Both the position numbers and the translations under genes were made by a program. DNA of 64,000 bases from Tubiluchus corallicola (taxonomy: Eukaryota > Animalia > Priapulida). Shown one piece after another: positions 37,142 to 49,285 of this stretch. Location: positions 1 to 64,000 of the forward strand of contig JAQGDQ010000903.1 in the NCBI GenBank assembly GCA_030141605.1, written 5' to 3'. How positions within the stretch are numbered: the first letter of the stretch is position 1; each line of letters opens with the position of its first letter. The notes beneath the pieces were generated by a model. That model saw only the letters and a program-made list of their open reading frames with translations. It was not told the DNA's origin and did not search any database.

Positions 37142-38779
37142 ATGTTGATAGGATCGGGGAAGAGCGCTAGAAGTGTTCGCAGGAAAATTTCTAAGATTGG
37201 AGGCGCGGACAGTGTACAGTATCCTCATTCATTGCAATTTTATCGAAATCCTCCTGTTGGCAACATAACCTTGTGTGAATTTGAGAAATTTGCTATAGAT
37301 CGTTTAAAAGTTTTAAAACTCGTGGAAAGTGTCGGCTTATCACATACTAAAGGTAGCGATGATTATGTAAAAAAGTTGTCTGCAGAACTGCGAAAAATGG
37401 GAATGAAATCATTTTTGAGGACGATGGCTGTTGATACAGAATCTCATCCAGATGCAGTTTATGAAGGCCGACGCCAAGATCACATATCTCATTTTATTCT
37501 TAGATTAGCATATTGCAAGTCTGAAGACCTACGTCACTGGTTCATACAACAAGAGGTGGATTTGTTTAGGTTTCGTTTTTCGCAAGAGCAAGGTAATGCA
37601 GATGGATTGGCAAGTTTTCTAACACAAAACGACCTGCAGTACACTGCTATTTCTGAAGAAGAAAAACAGTCGCTGCGGTCGGAGTTGTCTGTTGCTTCCT
37701 ACGAAATGAATGAGGCTAAATTTGAAGCAAACGATTTTTATAAAGTGTATTTCACTGAAGCTCTTGATCTCATACGAACAAGGAAAATTTATCTGCATAA
37801 AGGATATGCATACATACCCAGTTTTGATTTGGGATCCCTCATCTGTGGCTGTTTTCGAATGGAGCTGTCTAAAGCTTTAGCGCAGACAGCTCGCATGTTT
37901 CCAGTCATCGAAGAACAGGAACGTCTACTACCGATGTTAAACCACATCAACGAATGGTATCTCGGTGACGACTATTCTAACAGGAAAAATCGGGATACTG
38001 ACCACATCACGGCTGATGAAATTGATGGCTTATGTCAGGAATCATTTCCATTATGCATGCAACAGCTCCACAAGCATTTGCGCACCGAGCATCACATGAA
38101 ACACTTCGGCCGGCAACAGTATGGGCTTTTCCTAAAAGCAATTGGTTTGTCATTGGAAGAGGCGATGAAGTTCTGGAGAACGGAATTCATGAAGAGCATG
38201 GATGTTGATAAGTTTGACAAACAATATTCTTACAACATACGACACATGTATGGCAAGGAAGGTAAACGTGTAAGCTATACACCATACAGCTGCTTGAAAA
38301 TCATTCAAAGTAATCCTCCTGGTGCCGGAGATTATCATGGCTGTCCATTTAGGCACACTACCAATGATCTTTTATTACAGAAACTGAAAGCGTTGAAGAT
38401 TAGCAACATTCAGTGTGACGCCATATTAGAAACTGTTAAGGGTGGTCATTACCAGGTCGCATGTGCAAAAACTTACCGTGCTGTACATACCTTAGGAGAT
38501 AATGAAGGGCCACCAGGCATTGACCATCCAAACCAATATTTCGAAATGAGCCAGAACTTGCAGCATCCGAGTCGCGAAGCGACCAGCAAGACTCCTCAAA
38601 CGCCCACTTACAGGAATACACCAATGTCTTATAGCCAGACAGGTACACCTGATGTGTTATCGCAGCCATTTGGTAGTGGCACTCCATTAACAAAGAAACT
38701 CAAACCAACAACGGAGGAAGATTGGAATGACGAAGAAATGGATACAGTCCTTTCGGGGATAGAACCAATGAATTTATAG
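37142..38779 (+). CDS. PRIM2: DNA primase large subunit (p58), intronless, 545 aa
   Basis: LQFY..PP..I.L.EFE.FAIDRLK, DHISHFILRLAYC, FPLCM, H..HFGRQQYGLFLKAIG, YNIRHMYGKEGKR, YSCLKII, HGCPF, YQVAC (four Fe-S cysteines) and HPNQYFE. Confidence 0.97.
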   Translation: MLIGSGKSARSVRRKISKIGGADSVQYPHSLQFYRNPPVGNITLCEFEKFAIDRLKVLKLVESVGLSHTKGSDDYVKKLSAELRKMGMKSFLRTMAVDTESHPDAVYEGRRQDHISHFILRLAYCKSEDLRHWFIQQEVDLFRFRFSQEQGNADGLASFLTQNDLQYTAISEEEKQSLRSELSVASYEMNEAKFEANDFYKVYFTEALDLIRTRKIYLHKGYAYIPSFDLGSLICGCFRMELSKALAQTARMFPVIEEQERLLPMLNHINEWYLGDDYSNRKNRDTDHITADEIDGLCQESFPLCMQQLHKHLRTEHHMKHFGRQQYGLFLKAIGLSLEEAMKFWRTEFMKSMDVDKFDKQYSYNIRHMYGKEGKRVSYTPYSCLKIIQSNPPGAGDYHGCPFRHTTNDLLLQKLKALKISNIQCDAILETVKGGHYQVACAKTYRAVHTLGDNEGPPGIDHPNQYFEMSQNLQHPSREATSKTPQTPTYRNTPMSYSQTGTPDVLSQPFGSGTPLTKKLKPTTEEDWNDEEMDTVLSGIEPMNL

Positions 38780-41700
38780 TTTGGATGTAGATAGCATTAA
38801 ATAATTTTTTTAAAATATTATTTATTTCATTTCAGGTGACGTAAGTTATATTAGAAATTAAAGTACCTGTGTTTTACTATACTTTATATTCCTTGCATGT
38901 AGTTTAAACGTACTTAAATTCACATTCTGTAGGTGAATTTGTTCTCAATTGCTAGAATTGTATTCCAGATTTGAAAAAAGCCATTGTTATAATTACAGTG
39001 TGGCACATTCCACTCACTGCTGTTGTATTTTAAAACGTTTTTGTTGGTATGTAATAATTAAATAATAAAACGTTTTTTTCAGAAGTTTGCCCCATTAGCA
39101 TTAGCACTGCTAATTGTGAATTGGCAAACCTGTCATTTTAGTTCAGTACTACTTCTAGTAGCATAACATTCTTAAATGTTTCAAAGTTATTTCAGCAGGT
39201 ATTTAGGATCGGTGCATTAAGTTAGTTATACAAACTTGCTTATTGTACATAGATCAAAGAGCAAAAAGCTGAGATACAAATAGTTGTTGTCAACAATAAT
39301 ATTAATTTCATTTTTGTTGTCTAGTTAGTGTCTCACTGCTCTTAAAATATCTGTATGAAATACGCATGACTTACAAAAGTATTTTGAACTACATTTATAC
39401 CTCAAATACTAATGCTGTAATTGTTTCTTCTTGTTGCTTCACATTGCCAAAGTACTGACTGAAGCTGAAAATTGATATGACTGGTGTTTGTTGTAAATAA
39501 CCTAACTTAAAGTGTGTGATGGATGGATTGCAGATTGTATATAACTTTTAATAGCATACTAACAAAAGTTTTACCGTCCCAGTAAACTATGATTCTATAG
39601 TTCACCGTGAAAGAACTTTTTTGGTAATAAACAGTGTTATCGATAAAGTTATTGCCTGTCATTTTCTTTTTTTTAGCTTTGTAGTACAGGATATTAACAT
39701 TACTGCTACATAATAAGGTAATTTATTATGTAATTATTAATTAATTAATTAAGTTTTCTCAATTTTAGTGAGCCCATAAAACATGCTGTTGAATTAGTGT
39801 TAGGTATAGGCACCACGTTTAGACTATTAAGAGCACCTGCGCAGTAATTCGCAATGGAAATTGTTCCCAAAATTTCATTATAAACGTGCAAGTTAAAATT
39901 GAAATAACTTATATCTTTCTTGTCTCTTATCACCGTATTTTTGTTTAAGTAGTGTATAATGTTATCTGTTTTAAAATAGTCAGTATTATACCACCTACGC
40001 TTATTTAGATTTATTTATTTTTCCTTTTAGCACAATATTACAAAATACAAATTATTACGATTACAAACTGACAATGCATTGCAGTGCCATGGGTGTAACA
40101 GAAGAAATTAACTTATAAGTTACACTCGACATGGATAAGCCTTAGTGATGACATAAACAAAACCTGTCAACAAAATAAAGTGTGACATATCTTACTCTGA
40201 ATTTCTTGATAAGACAGGTGTCCAAGTATCTGTTACTAATACGTCAATAATATATCACAGAAAGGCCTGTTAAATCGTATGTAACGTGTTTTGCTTGCAA
40301 GTTAAATTTCTTAATAAAGACAAGATATGGTTATTAAAGCATCAACTAATCATGAATATGCTGCAAAAAGACCAACAATTAGGCGTTGAGTAGCCTTATA
40401 AATTAGTATAAAGGATGTAAAATGGCTCTGTTAAAAATCAATATAAATTACACTTTACCACACTAAGTTGCTTTGATGCTAAGTATACGATATCTGCATT
40501 GAAAATAAACAGACTGAATGTAAATAAACAATTGACATAAACAATCGAATGTAAATGTACAGTATAAACAACAAACCGAACAGCATAAAAAAGAGTGAAT
40601 ATTAAATTCCAAAATCACAATTATAATTCAATGTTTTCATAGATTAAAATTAGTCAGTCACTAAATTTCTTCTTTAACCTACATATTTTTTATGATTTTC
40701 ACAAGTTGTGTGCATACAGATGCTACTTGAACAATAAAAACGCCACAATGAGAAAGGCATTATTCAGTCAACACCTGTGAATGTTTTCAGTGAATATGCA
40801 AGAGCACAAATGATTAATATAATTTTCCTTTGTAACACAAATACGTTGACAAAAACAGAGAAAATGACTCACTAAATAATACAACTAGAGAAAGAACAGA
40901 ATATACAATAAATAAAAAAACATGGAAAAAGACAAAAAAGTACTAATCATAGGCCTACCAACAACCAGAAAAAAGTACAAAATATCACAATATCGTTGGT
41001 TATGAATTTTAAGAACGCAGAAACTGGCGAAAAGATCCCTTTTATTGTATGAAAATGCAAGTTGAATTGCTTGTGGTGGGTTAAGCAACTATCCCGTTGT
41101 GTAGTATCAGAAAATGGAAAGTACGTGTGATGTTATAACATTGTCTTTGCACATTCTATGGTATCGTTATTCCAGTAAAATGGTAACCAATTAATAGTTT
41201 TTCAGCGTGCTTTCAAGTACACTGGTCATAAGTGTCGCGCATATATTTACAGATGTTCTTTTTCTCAAGGTACCGTATTATGGTTTCGATTAGTACTCCC
41301 AGATAATCTGCTAATTCTTTATTTTGCGTGTAAGCCAATATTAGATGTATGTGACGTCAGTCACGATCTGTAGACATTATTAATGACACAATGCATACTA
41401 ATGTAGGATGGTAACGAGCAGTGTGGGAAGGAAACATTTTAGAACCCTGGAATGAGCTGGGCGAGGTTCGCTATGGCTAGGCCTTGGCTTGTTACCTTAA
41501 CCAACGTGACAGATTGCAAAAAACGTACTGTCAGCTTGAGGTCAATTCTATACTCCAGGTCATAGCTGATAGAGGAGCAACCGCTCCCCCGAACACATTT
41601 TTCAAAGAAGTGGAATTCGCTCAAAATGTGATATTAGTACGGAATACAGGCATCGTAAAAGAAAATGACTCCATGGTGAAACTTCAGAGTTTAAAGGATA

Positions 41701-42074
41701 AGGAATAAAATATTTGCTTAGATTGACGCCTAGTCGTAGGGGACAGTTGTAGTTCTTTCGTGATACATTTTTCACAATGTTTCACTTTGTTTTCATTTTA
41801 CATTTAATATTAAAAGAATTAATAAACCAAAACATAATAACATAAATTTTTTATGTTTTGAGAGTATAATGTTTTTAGTATAACCTTTTATTACCAAGTA
41901 GCAATCATTTACTTCCTTTAAAAATGTATCTTCCTCGTGTTTTGATTTTAACCACAAAATTAAAATGTATAATTGATGCAAATTAAAAATTGCTTAGTGT
42001 GTGCAACGGCGCCTTTTTTAAGTGCTTTCTCCTCCTAACTTTAGAGCCTGGCCACGCCCCTAGTAGTCCCCTTG

Positions 42075-42340
42075 CTCATTTGCTCCATTAGAGCTGTTTA
42101 CACCAAGTTTTATGGAAGATGCTCTCTGGAGGTTCCTAAACGTCGACAGTTTATTCGTACTACTCGTTTTTCTGTTGCTTCCTATAAACTTACCCTAAAC
42201 ATTCTTAGATGTGAAACAACTGCGTATTGCTTCGGACTGTTTCTTCCTTCTGACTTCTTATCTGTGGAGTTCTCTACCAGAAACTTGTTTCCAGAAATCT
42301 GCAAGCTTGCTCGATTCAAGAAATACAATTCCTCCTGAGA
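42075..42340 (+). mobile_element. LINE ORF2 3' remnant of the same type as 467-1140
   Basis: FYGRCSLEV..TRFS..LRC..FFLLTSYLWSSLPE.. across frameshifts. Confidence 0.55.
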
Positions 42341-42761
42341 GACTGTAGCAAAGTAGTTACGAATTATGTTTGTCTGAACATATATTTATATCTTCGCCTT
42401 TTTATTCTCATTTTTATTTTATTTAATTTTATTACAGACCTGTTTTATTACATTGAAACGTCTGGCTTTGTTTAGGGCAAATTATTTTTTAAAAAAAACA
42501 TCTGTTCGATCGAGTTTAAGACATTACAGTTCGATTAATTTTGTTTCACTTCCGTTCAATTCAATTTAAAAGAAAACTGTTCGTTGTAGACTGATGGGTG
42601 TTGATGAAAAATGGAAGACCTGTCGCATACGCCAATTTATCTAGATTGCTAAGTCAACAGTTTGACATAGTTTAACGTCCACACACTGACCATTGGGTTT
42701 ATGTACAAGCTGAATCAGTGGGCCTAATCACATCGCGGAATTGCATTTTTGTGCAGTTGCT

Positions 42762-45700
42762 ATGGAAGGTACTACGTTCGTCAGGATTGTACTGCTGTTG
42801 TTAGTAACATCAGCGACAGCGACATTTGGAATACCTGGATTGCCAGATTTTCTGGACTCTTCTATTGAACGAAGTGAGAAACGAAATATTGAATTAAAAA
42901 AAAAACAAGAATTTATTTAAAGTTTATCAACATTAGTTGTTAAATTTATGGATGGTTGTGAAGGAAGGTATATTCGAACTCGACAGTTTCCTTTTTGTCG
43001 ATTCTTGTTCATATTATGATTTATTTAGCTTTATCTGTAACCTAGTTTTTATCTTTTGGGAACTTAGATTTTGTTAAATCTACATTTGGAAAGGCCTTTT
43101 TTGGTTTTGCTACTTTTTTCTGTTGCAAAACGCAATAAAGGCATTTAATAAAATATCTAGAATTAAGAAACGAGAAAAAAATGAAAGAAAAACACAAAAA
43201 AATAATTAAATTGACGACAAAGACGTCACAAAGCTGATCAGACTAACATTGTGGGAGCTATCAGCTTTGTAGCTAATTATTGAACAATTAAATTACATCA
43301 TATGTTTATTTTCTCGCTGTACTAAACCAATACATTTAATTGTTTTTTTTTACAAATGAATATGTCTTCTTATGGATTTCCTGTTTTTTTTATAACTTTA
43401 GTTATTTGTTGTCTATAACATGTACGTTCTTGTGTAAAAGGCACTTTGACGTGTTAACAAAGGTAATCGATCTTGAAGCAAGTAAAATTCTCTTCGGTGG
43501 CTGCAGTGAAGTGTCATGCTATATAACTAGATGTGCTATTAGCCTATGTAATAGTAGGGCTGTAGCTCGCCAACTGCACAATTTGTTCCAGTATAATATA
43601 ATGATAATATTAATAATTTTTATTTAACAGTTCGGCTTTTTAGATAAATAATTAATTAGCTCAAAGTCCTTTTTGCCGACTGTGATTGAACTCAGGACCT
43701 ACCAAATGGAAAGCGGATGCATTACCACTAGAATATATCATGTGTTATGTTTTTGTGGTAACAACAACACTTACTTGTTTTTAACACTCGAATGGCTAAA
43801 ATGTACGATCATTCCATGTAGTGATTTTCATGTTCAGTGCTCAGTATAACGCATTTTTAGATTAAATTTATTCAACTTATAGACTGCGATGGACTGTTGA
43901 CGCAATACCTTGACAGCAAGAACATTACTCTCATCGACATTATTGCTGCTATAATTGCGGGTGGTGGAACAGGTGCTGGCATTGCCGAGGAACACTTCGA
44001 ATACATACTGTCTGAGCTACCTCCTGCTTTCGTAGATCATATAAAAGAAGATGTTGCAAATGTTGAACCACTTTCAAATGAAGTAAAGTGATGTAACACA
44101 CTATATTACTGTTTTCGGTCATTGTTCGTGTAAATTTTGGAAATTTATCCGGTACTCTACGAAAAATCATTTGGTGTGCTATGCATTTTTGTATAGCTTT
44201 ATTATGTGATATATTTAAATTATACATTTTATTCATGAAGCAAATAGGTTGGTGATTTAACTAAAGCAAACTCTCATATCGTGTTATACACTGTTATACA
44301 TTTTTATAGAGCAAATATTGTGTAAATTTTAGCACAGTTCTAAATTTGTGTGCTTTTACTTCAATGGTGTTGTTTGTCCATCAGTGCAATTGTACATGTA
44401 TTTAACAAATTTTTTAGTCTTTCGAACTTGCATTTTTATGTAAATTCGCGTCAGCAAAGTACAATTTTCAATTTTTGTTTTAGCAATTAGTGTATTTGTA
44501 TTGCTTCCTATTTTATGTAAACTTTACCCATCCCGTGCAGTGGTTTCTAAGCCACTAATTTTGAACTATAAATTTCAAAACGAATCGTTTAAATGTTTTT
44601 AAATGGAATAAATTAATTTACTTGTAGTCTTAATACCTGAAAGAGAGGTGTGAATACCTTGTAACGCATGATCAATAAAAGTCAAACCATAGTAGTCTTT
44701 AAAAAAAGTTAAACAAGAAAAACTGTTCCACCTGCGATACCATGAGCCTCTCAGATTTTATGTTCAAAGTGATCACGAAGTATTGATCTTATGCATTAAT
44801 AAAGAAATATTTTTACAGGAAAGAGACAAAATAGAGCGAGAAATTTTAAATGGAAAATCACCAGATCCGGATACACCTTTCAGCTACCTAACAGACCTTC
44901 TAAAATGGCTGGCCAAACAAGCCATAGCGAAGATAATAGAAGCTTTGAAAGAGCCAATCTTGGATGTTACATTCAAGTGTTATCAGGACTATGGATGTTT
45001 CACAAAGGTACGTTTCATTTTTAGTTTATATCATGTGTGTTTGCCCTATGTGTATATTATAAACAAATCAACAAGACAGATTTAATCAACAGTGAAACAG
45101 GCGTGTGCTAGAGACAAATCCCCTACAAAAAAATCCCCTGCAGAGAACAGCTCAGAAGTTAGGTAATTCGAGTACGATACAGACACCCCACGTTTTTGAG
45201 GGTGTAAATGTTCATAAACATAAGCATAAACACAAACATAAACATCTCTATATCATTATCATAGAGATCAGGGATTGAAAATCGCTTCGGGATGGAAATA
45301 ATGGAAGCTGGTCTCCATCATCCCTGACCTTAGAGCTCTTGTTTAAACTTTTGACGCGAAACTTGAAAGACACAGAATGTGAAGAAAATGCAGTACAGGC
45401 TGGATTTGAACCCCATGCCTATAAAATTACACAAAAGTAAATAAAAATTAGTTAGAATCCCTTTAGTGTGAGCGATCAAACGTTGGAAATATTGAATTTG
45501 GCTAACCACATGTACAAGGGATGAACTTAAACGTTGATGACAGAGGAATATAGTGGCCTAGTGGTCTAAGGCGTCTATCTTGTAAGAAGAAGTTCTCCGA
45601 TTCAAATTAAGATCGTTTTCCTACTTTTTCCTCTATTCAAATATAGTATCAAAATTTAATTACTCTTGAATTTGTAAAACGTTTATTGATAATTTTGATA

Positions 45701-48700
45701 TTAAGATTATAATAATTAATGACCTGTTCTTATACCCAGCACCTAGTGAAATTCTGCATTTCCAGACAGCATACAATATTATCACCATATGGTCGCGATC
45801 TTGTCACGATCATTTCAAAAAATTTGTTCAAAAAATATTGTCATCATGTTTGTACAATATAAGATATTGGTACAACATTCGATCAATATTGTTGTCCAAT
45901 ATTGAAAACACATGGTTTGCACATATTAATAAAAAATATTGGTATGATGTTGTGGCCAGTCCACACTTCCATATGGTATCCATTTTTGCAAAAATATTGT
46001 GACAACATTGGTATAATATTGTTGTGCTGCCTGGCATAAAAGCTCATTAACTGTCAAAAACTTCTGCAATTTCACCTCTTGCTCATGTACTCCACCACCC
46101 CTTCTCACCGTCCGAAATCATTTTTGTCGCCCATTCATCTTTAACTGAACAGTTTCCCGACTAATTCACGTACTCACGTGTTCACACACACCCAACTCTC
46201 ATTACAAACACTCACATATTTACTGTCACTGATTTCAGCTTGGATGGTTTTCCTTGTGCCGGTTAGTTAACCATTTTCCTGAAGATCCTGCCACTCTTGA
46301 TATCAAGTACTTGCTCTTCACGCGCAACTCAGAGGGCGCCGTGATCTTCAATTCCACTGATCTGGCAACCATTAAGTCTTCCACGTACAATCCCAGGAAA
46401 GAAACGAAGATCATTGTGCACACCTGGCTAGAGAGTCCGTACACTTCGGAGAGTGACTGGATTCCGGTAAACAATTACAATTTGTTGTGGGCACAACATG
46501 ATTAATACAGCTCGCATACACGTTGTACTGAAGTATAGGTATCCTGTTCAATGCTTTAGTTTAGGTCAAAGTTGATCAGTTCATTCACGAAACCTTTCAG
46601 TTTGTGCAGCAGGACATTTGAGCAGTGGAAATTTGGAGAGTAGGCAATAAGCCAGGACAGGACAGTGAACACTTGGGTAGTGGACATTTGGATAGTAGGA
46701 CTTTTAGACAGTCGACAGTTGGGCATTGTCACTTAGCCAATGGAGACTTTAAGCAGCACAAGTGACAGAAAATTTTTGCATGAGAGACTGTTAATCACCT
46801 GTCTGTAACACTTGAGCAACTGCTACTGCCAGGTTGTTGTAAACTGCAATCTTGTTAACACCTACATTTGTGCATTTGAGCAGTAAATGCAGTAGGAAAA
46901 CCAAATACGTTTTAAAATGCTAAATAAATGGAAATGTGGAAGTAACTTTGCTAGAAACAAGTTTTCGCAACTTCAAAATGACCCTTTTTGATTCTTAGTT
47001 GAAACAATAAAACAATGCACTCTAGATAGTTCATTGCGACAATAAACGATGTATTTTGTTCAATCTTCAGTTGAAACAATAAAACAATGTACTGTGGGTA
47101 TTTCATTGTGACAATAAACAATGTGCTCTATAACCTTCAGTTATAATAATGAAATATTTTGCTATAGAAGCTTTAATTTTTAACCAGAATCACAAAGTTA
47201 TGTTTCGTGATTACCCAAAAAAAAATCAACGATCATATTAAAGTTAACAGTAAGATAAAACCAGAGCATTTATAAGAAATGCTAGGTTTATATGAGATTC
47301 CCTGATTTTTTCTTCTCTTAATGCCTCGGCTTCCTTTTCTTCACCGCCTCTTTTTCTTCAGGTATCTCCTTTGCAATTTACGGGGCTGATTAAGCTGGTG
47401 GAGCAACTGGCACTGGTTCTACTTGCTCTACTTGTTCACCTGTCTGCTCTGCCGCCTCCCCTGCTGCTTCTGCAACGTCACCAGCCTGTTCTGCTGCAGC
47501 TGGAGGAGCTTCCCCTTCCGCTGCTTGTTCCGCTACCTCTGCCGCCGCCTCTACCACTTCTGCTTGTTCCTCTATGGCGTTTGCTTCCTCGACTTGTTCT
47601 TCTGCTACTTCTGCCACAAGTTCGTTTCCACTCTCTTCGGCAGCTTCCTGAACTTCTTCGGCATTTTCTGCTGCAGCTTCCGCAACGTCGCTTGCAGCTT
47701 CTGCCGCTTGTGCTGACGCTTCGGCGACTACTTGCTCCGGTGATTCTGACTCAGCTTCCCTCTTGCTCAATACCTGAAAAAAGCTTATTTTGTTCATTTC
47801 ATTTCATTCTTGGCATGTTTGGTTTTATACCAAACATCAACCTTATTATATGTTAATGACTCTAAAAAGATATTCAGGAAACGTATCTTAGAAAAAAACA
47901 AGATTTTGGTCAACTGAATATTGAAGTGTATATTGTTTTACTGTCACAATTGAAGTATCTACAGCACATTGTTTGATTGTCACAACTGAAAAACGTTCAG
48001 TACATTGTTACAATGAAATATCTGCAGCACATTGTTTCATTGTTACAATGAAATATCTACAGCACATTGTTGCATTGTTACAATGAAACATCTACAGCAC
48101 ATTGTTTTATTGTTACAATGAAATATCTACAGCACATTGTTTTATTGTTACAATAAAATATCTACAGTACATTGTTTTATTGTCTGCAATGCATTGTTTA
48201 TTATTACAACATAACATCGTACAGCATTTTATCTTTATTGCATGTACGCAAGATGCTACCTCATGTGTTTGCTAAAAACAAATAAGAAACTATGAATATC
48301 ATTAAATGTATCAACAAAGCGTAGAACATAGACAAATTTACAAATAAATCTTTATAAATCTTTGTCGTTGTCATTGTCACACCTCCTGTGAAAGCTATAA
48401 ATTATTCAATGAGTGTAGCCATTACTCCTTATGTTAAGAATGTTAATAGAATCACAATACCAGAATGCATATTCTCTTACCTTCTTAGCAGAAACGTGTC
48501 TGGCAGTTACTGCAATTATTGCACAAGAGAAAGCCAAGAGCATCAGTGGTGAACTAACTCTAACCATCTTGTCTGAATTCTGTGAAATCAGGAAGACTTT
48601 GTAGCAACTTCTTACTGCCTGGCAGCAGAATAAATGATTTCAATCAGTCAAATTCACTTATATACGAGCGGTGTCTACCAACTGTTACCGCCTACTGAGA

Positions 48701-49231
48701 TTGAGTCACTCATTTGGTTTTAAGATAAACACAAATACCTGAATAATGTTTAGTAATAGAGCATGTGTCGTCTCTTCTAGTTGAGGTGAATATACTACGA
48801 GAGTTTCTTCACAGTATGACTTAAACTTTGGCAATATGGTTCCTCATTGATTTAGGACATTGACTGATGTGTCATCTCTTCTAGTTGAGGTGATTATACT
48901 ACAAGAGTTTCTTCACAGTGTGACCCAGATTTTGGCAATATGGTTCCTCTCTGATTAAGACATTGACTGAAGTGTCATCTCTTTCAGTTGAGGTGATTAT
49001 ACTGTAAGAGTTCCTAATCTGCACATCCGTGTTTCTGGCGATATGGTTCCTCTTTGATTTAGGACATTGACTGATGTGTTAACTCTTCCAGTTGAGGTGA
49101 TTATACTACAAGAGTTCCTAACCTGCACATCCCTGTTTTTGGCGATATGGTTCCTCTGTGATTTAGAACATTAACTGATGTGTCATCTCTTCTAGCAGTT
49201 GCCTCTGTTATGTGCGTGCGTGCGTGCGTGC

Positions 49232-49285
<54 letters not shown>

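Noticed and set aside
47371-47856. Leu-rich 161-aa and Cys/Phe-rich 97-aa plus-strand ORFs
   Set aside because: Antisense shadows of the Glu/Ala-rich minus-strand exon.
48763-49195. CRISPR-like array
   Set aside because: The variable segments are short and homologous to each other, units are ~104 bp, the context is a eukaryotic intron and there are no cas genes; it is a tandem repeat.
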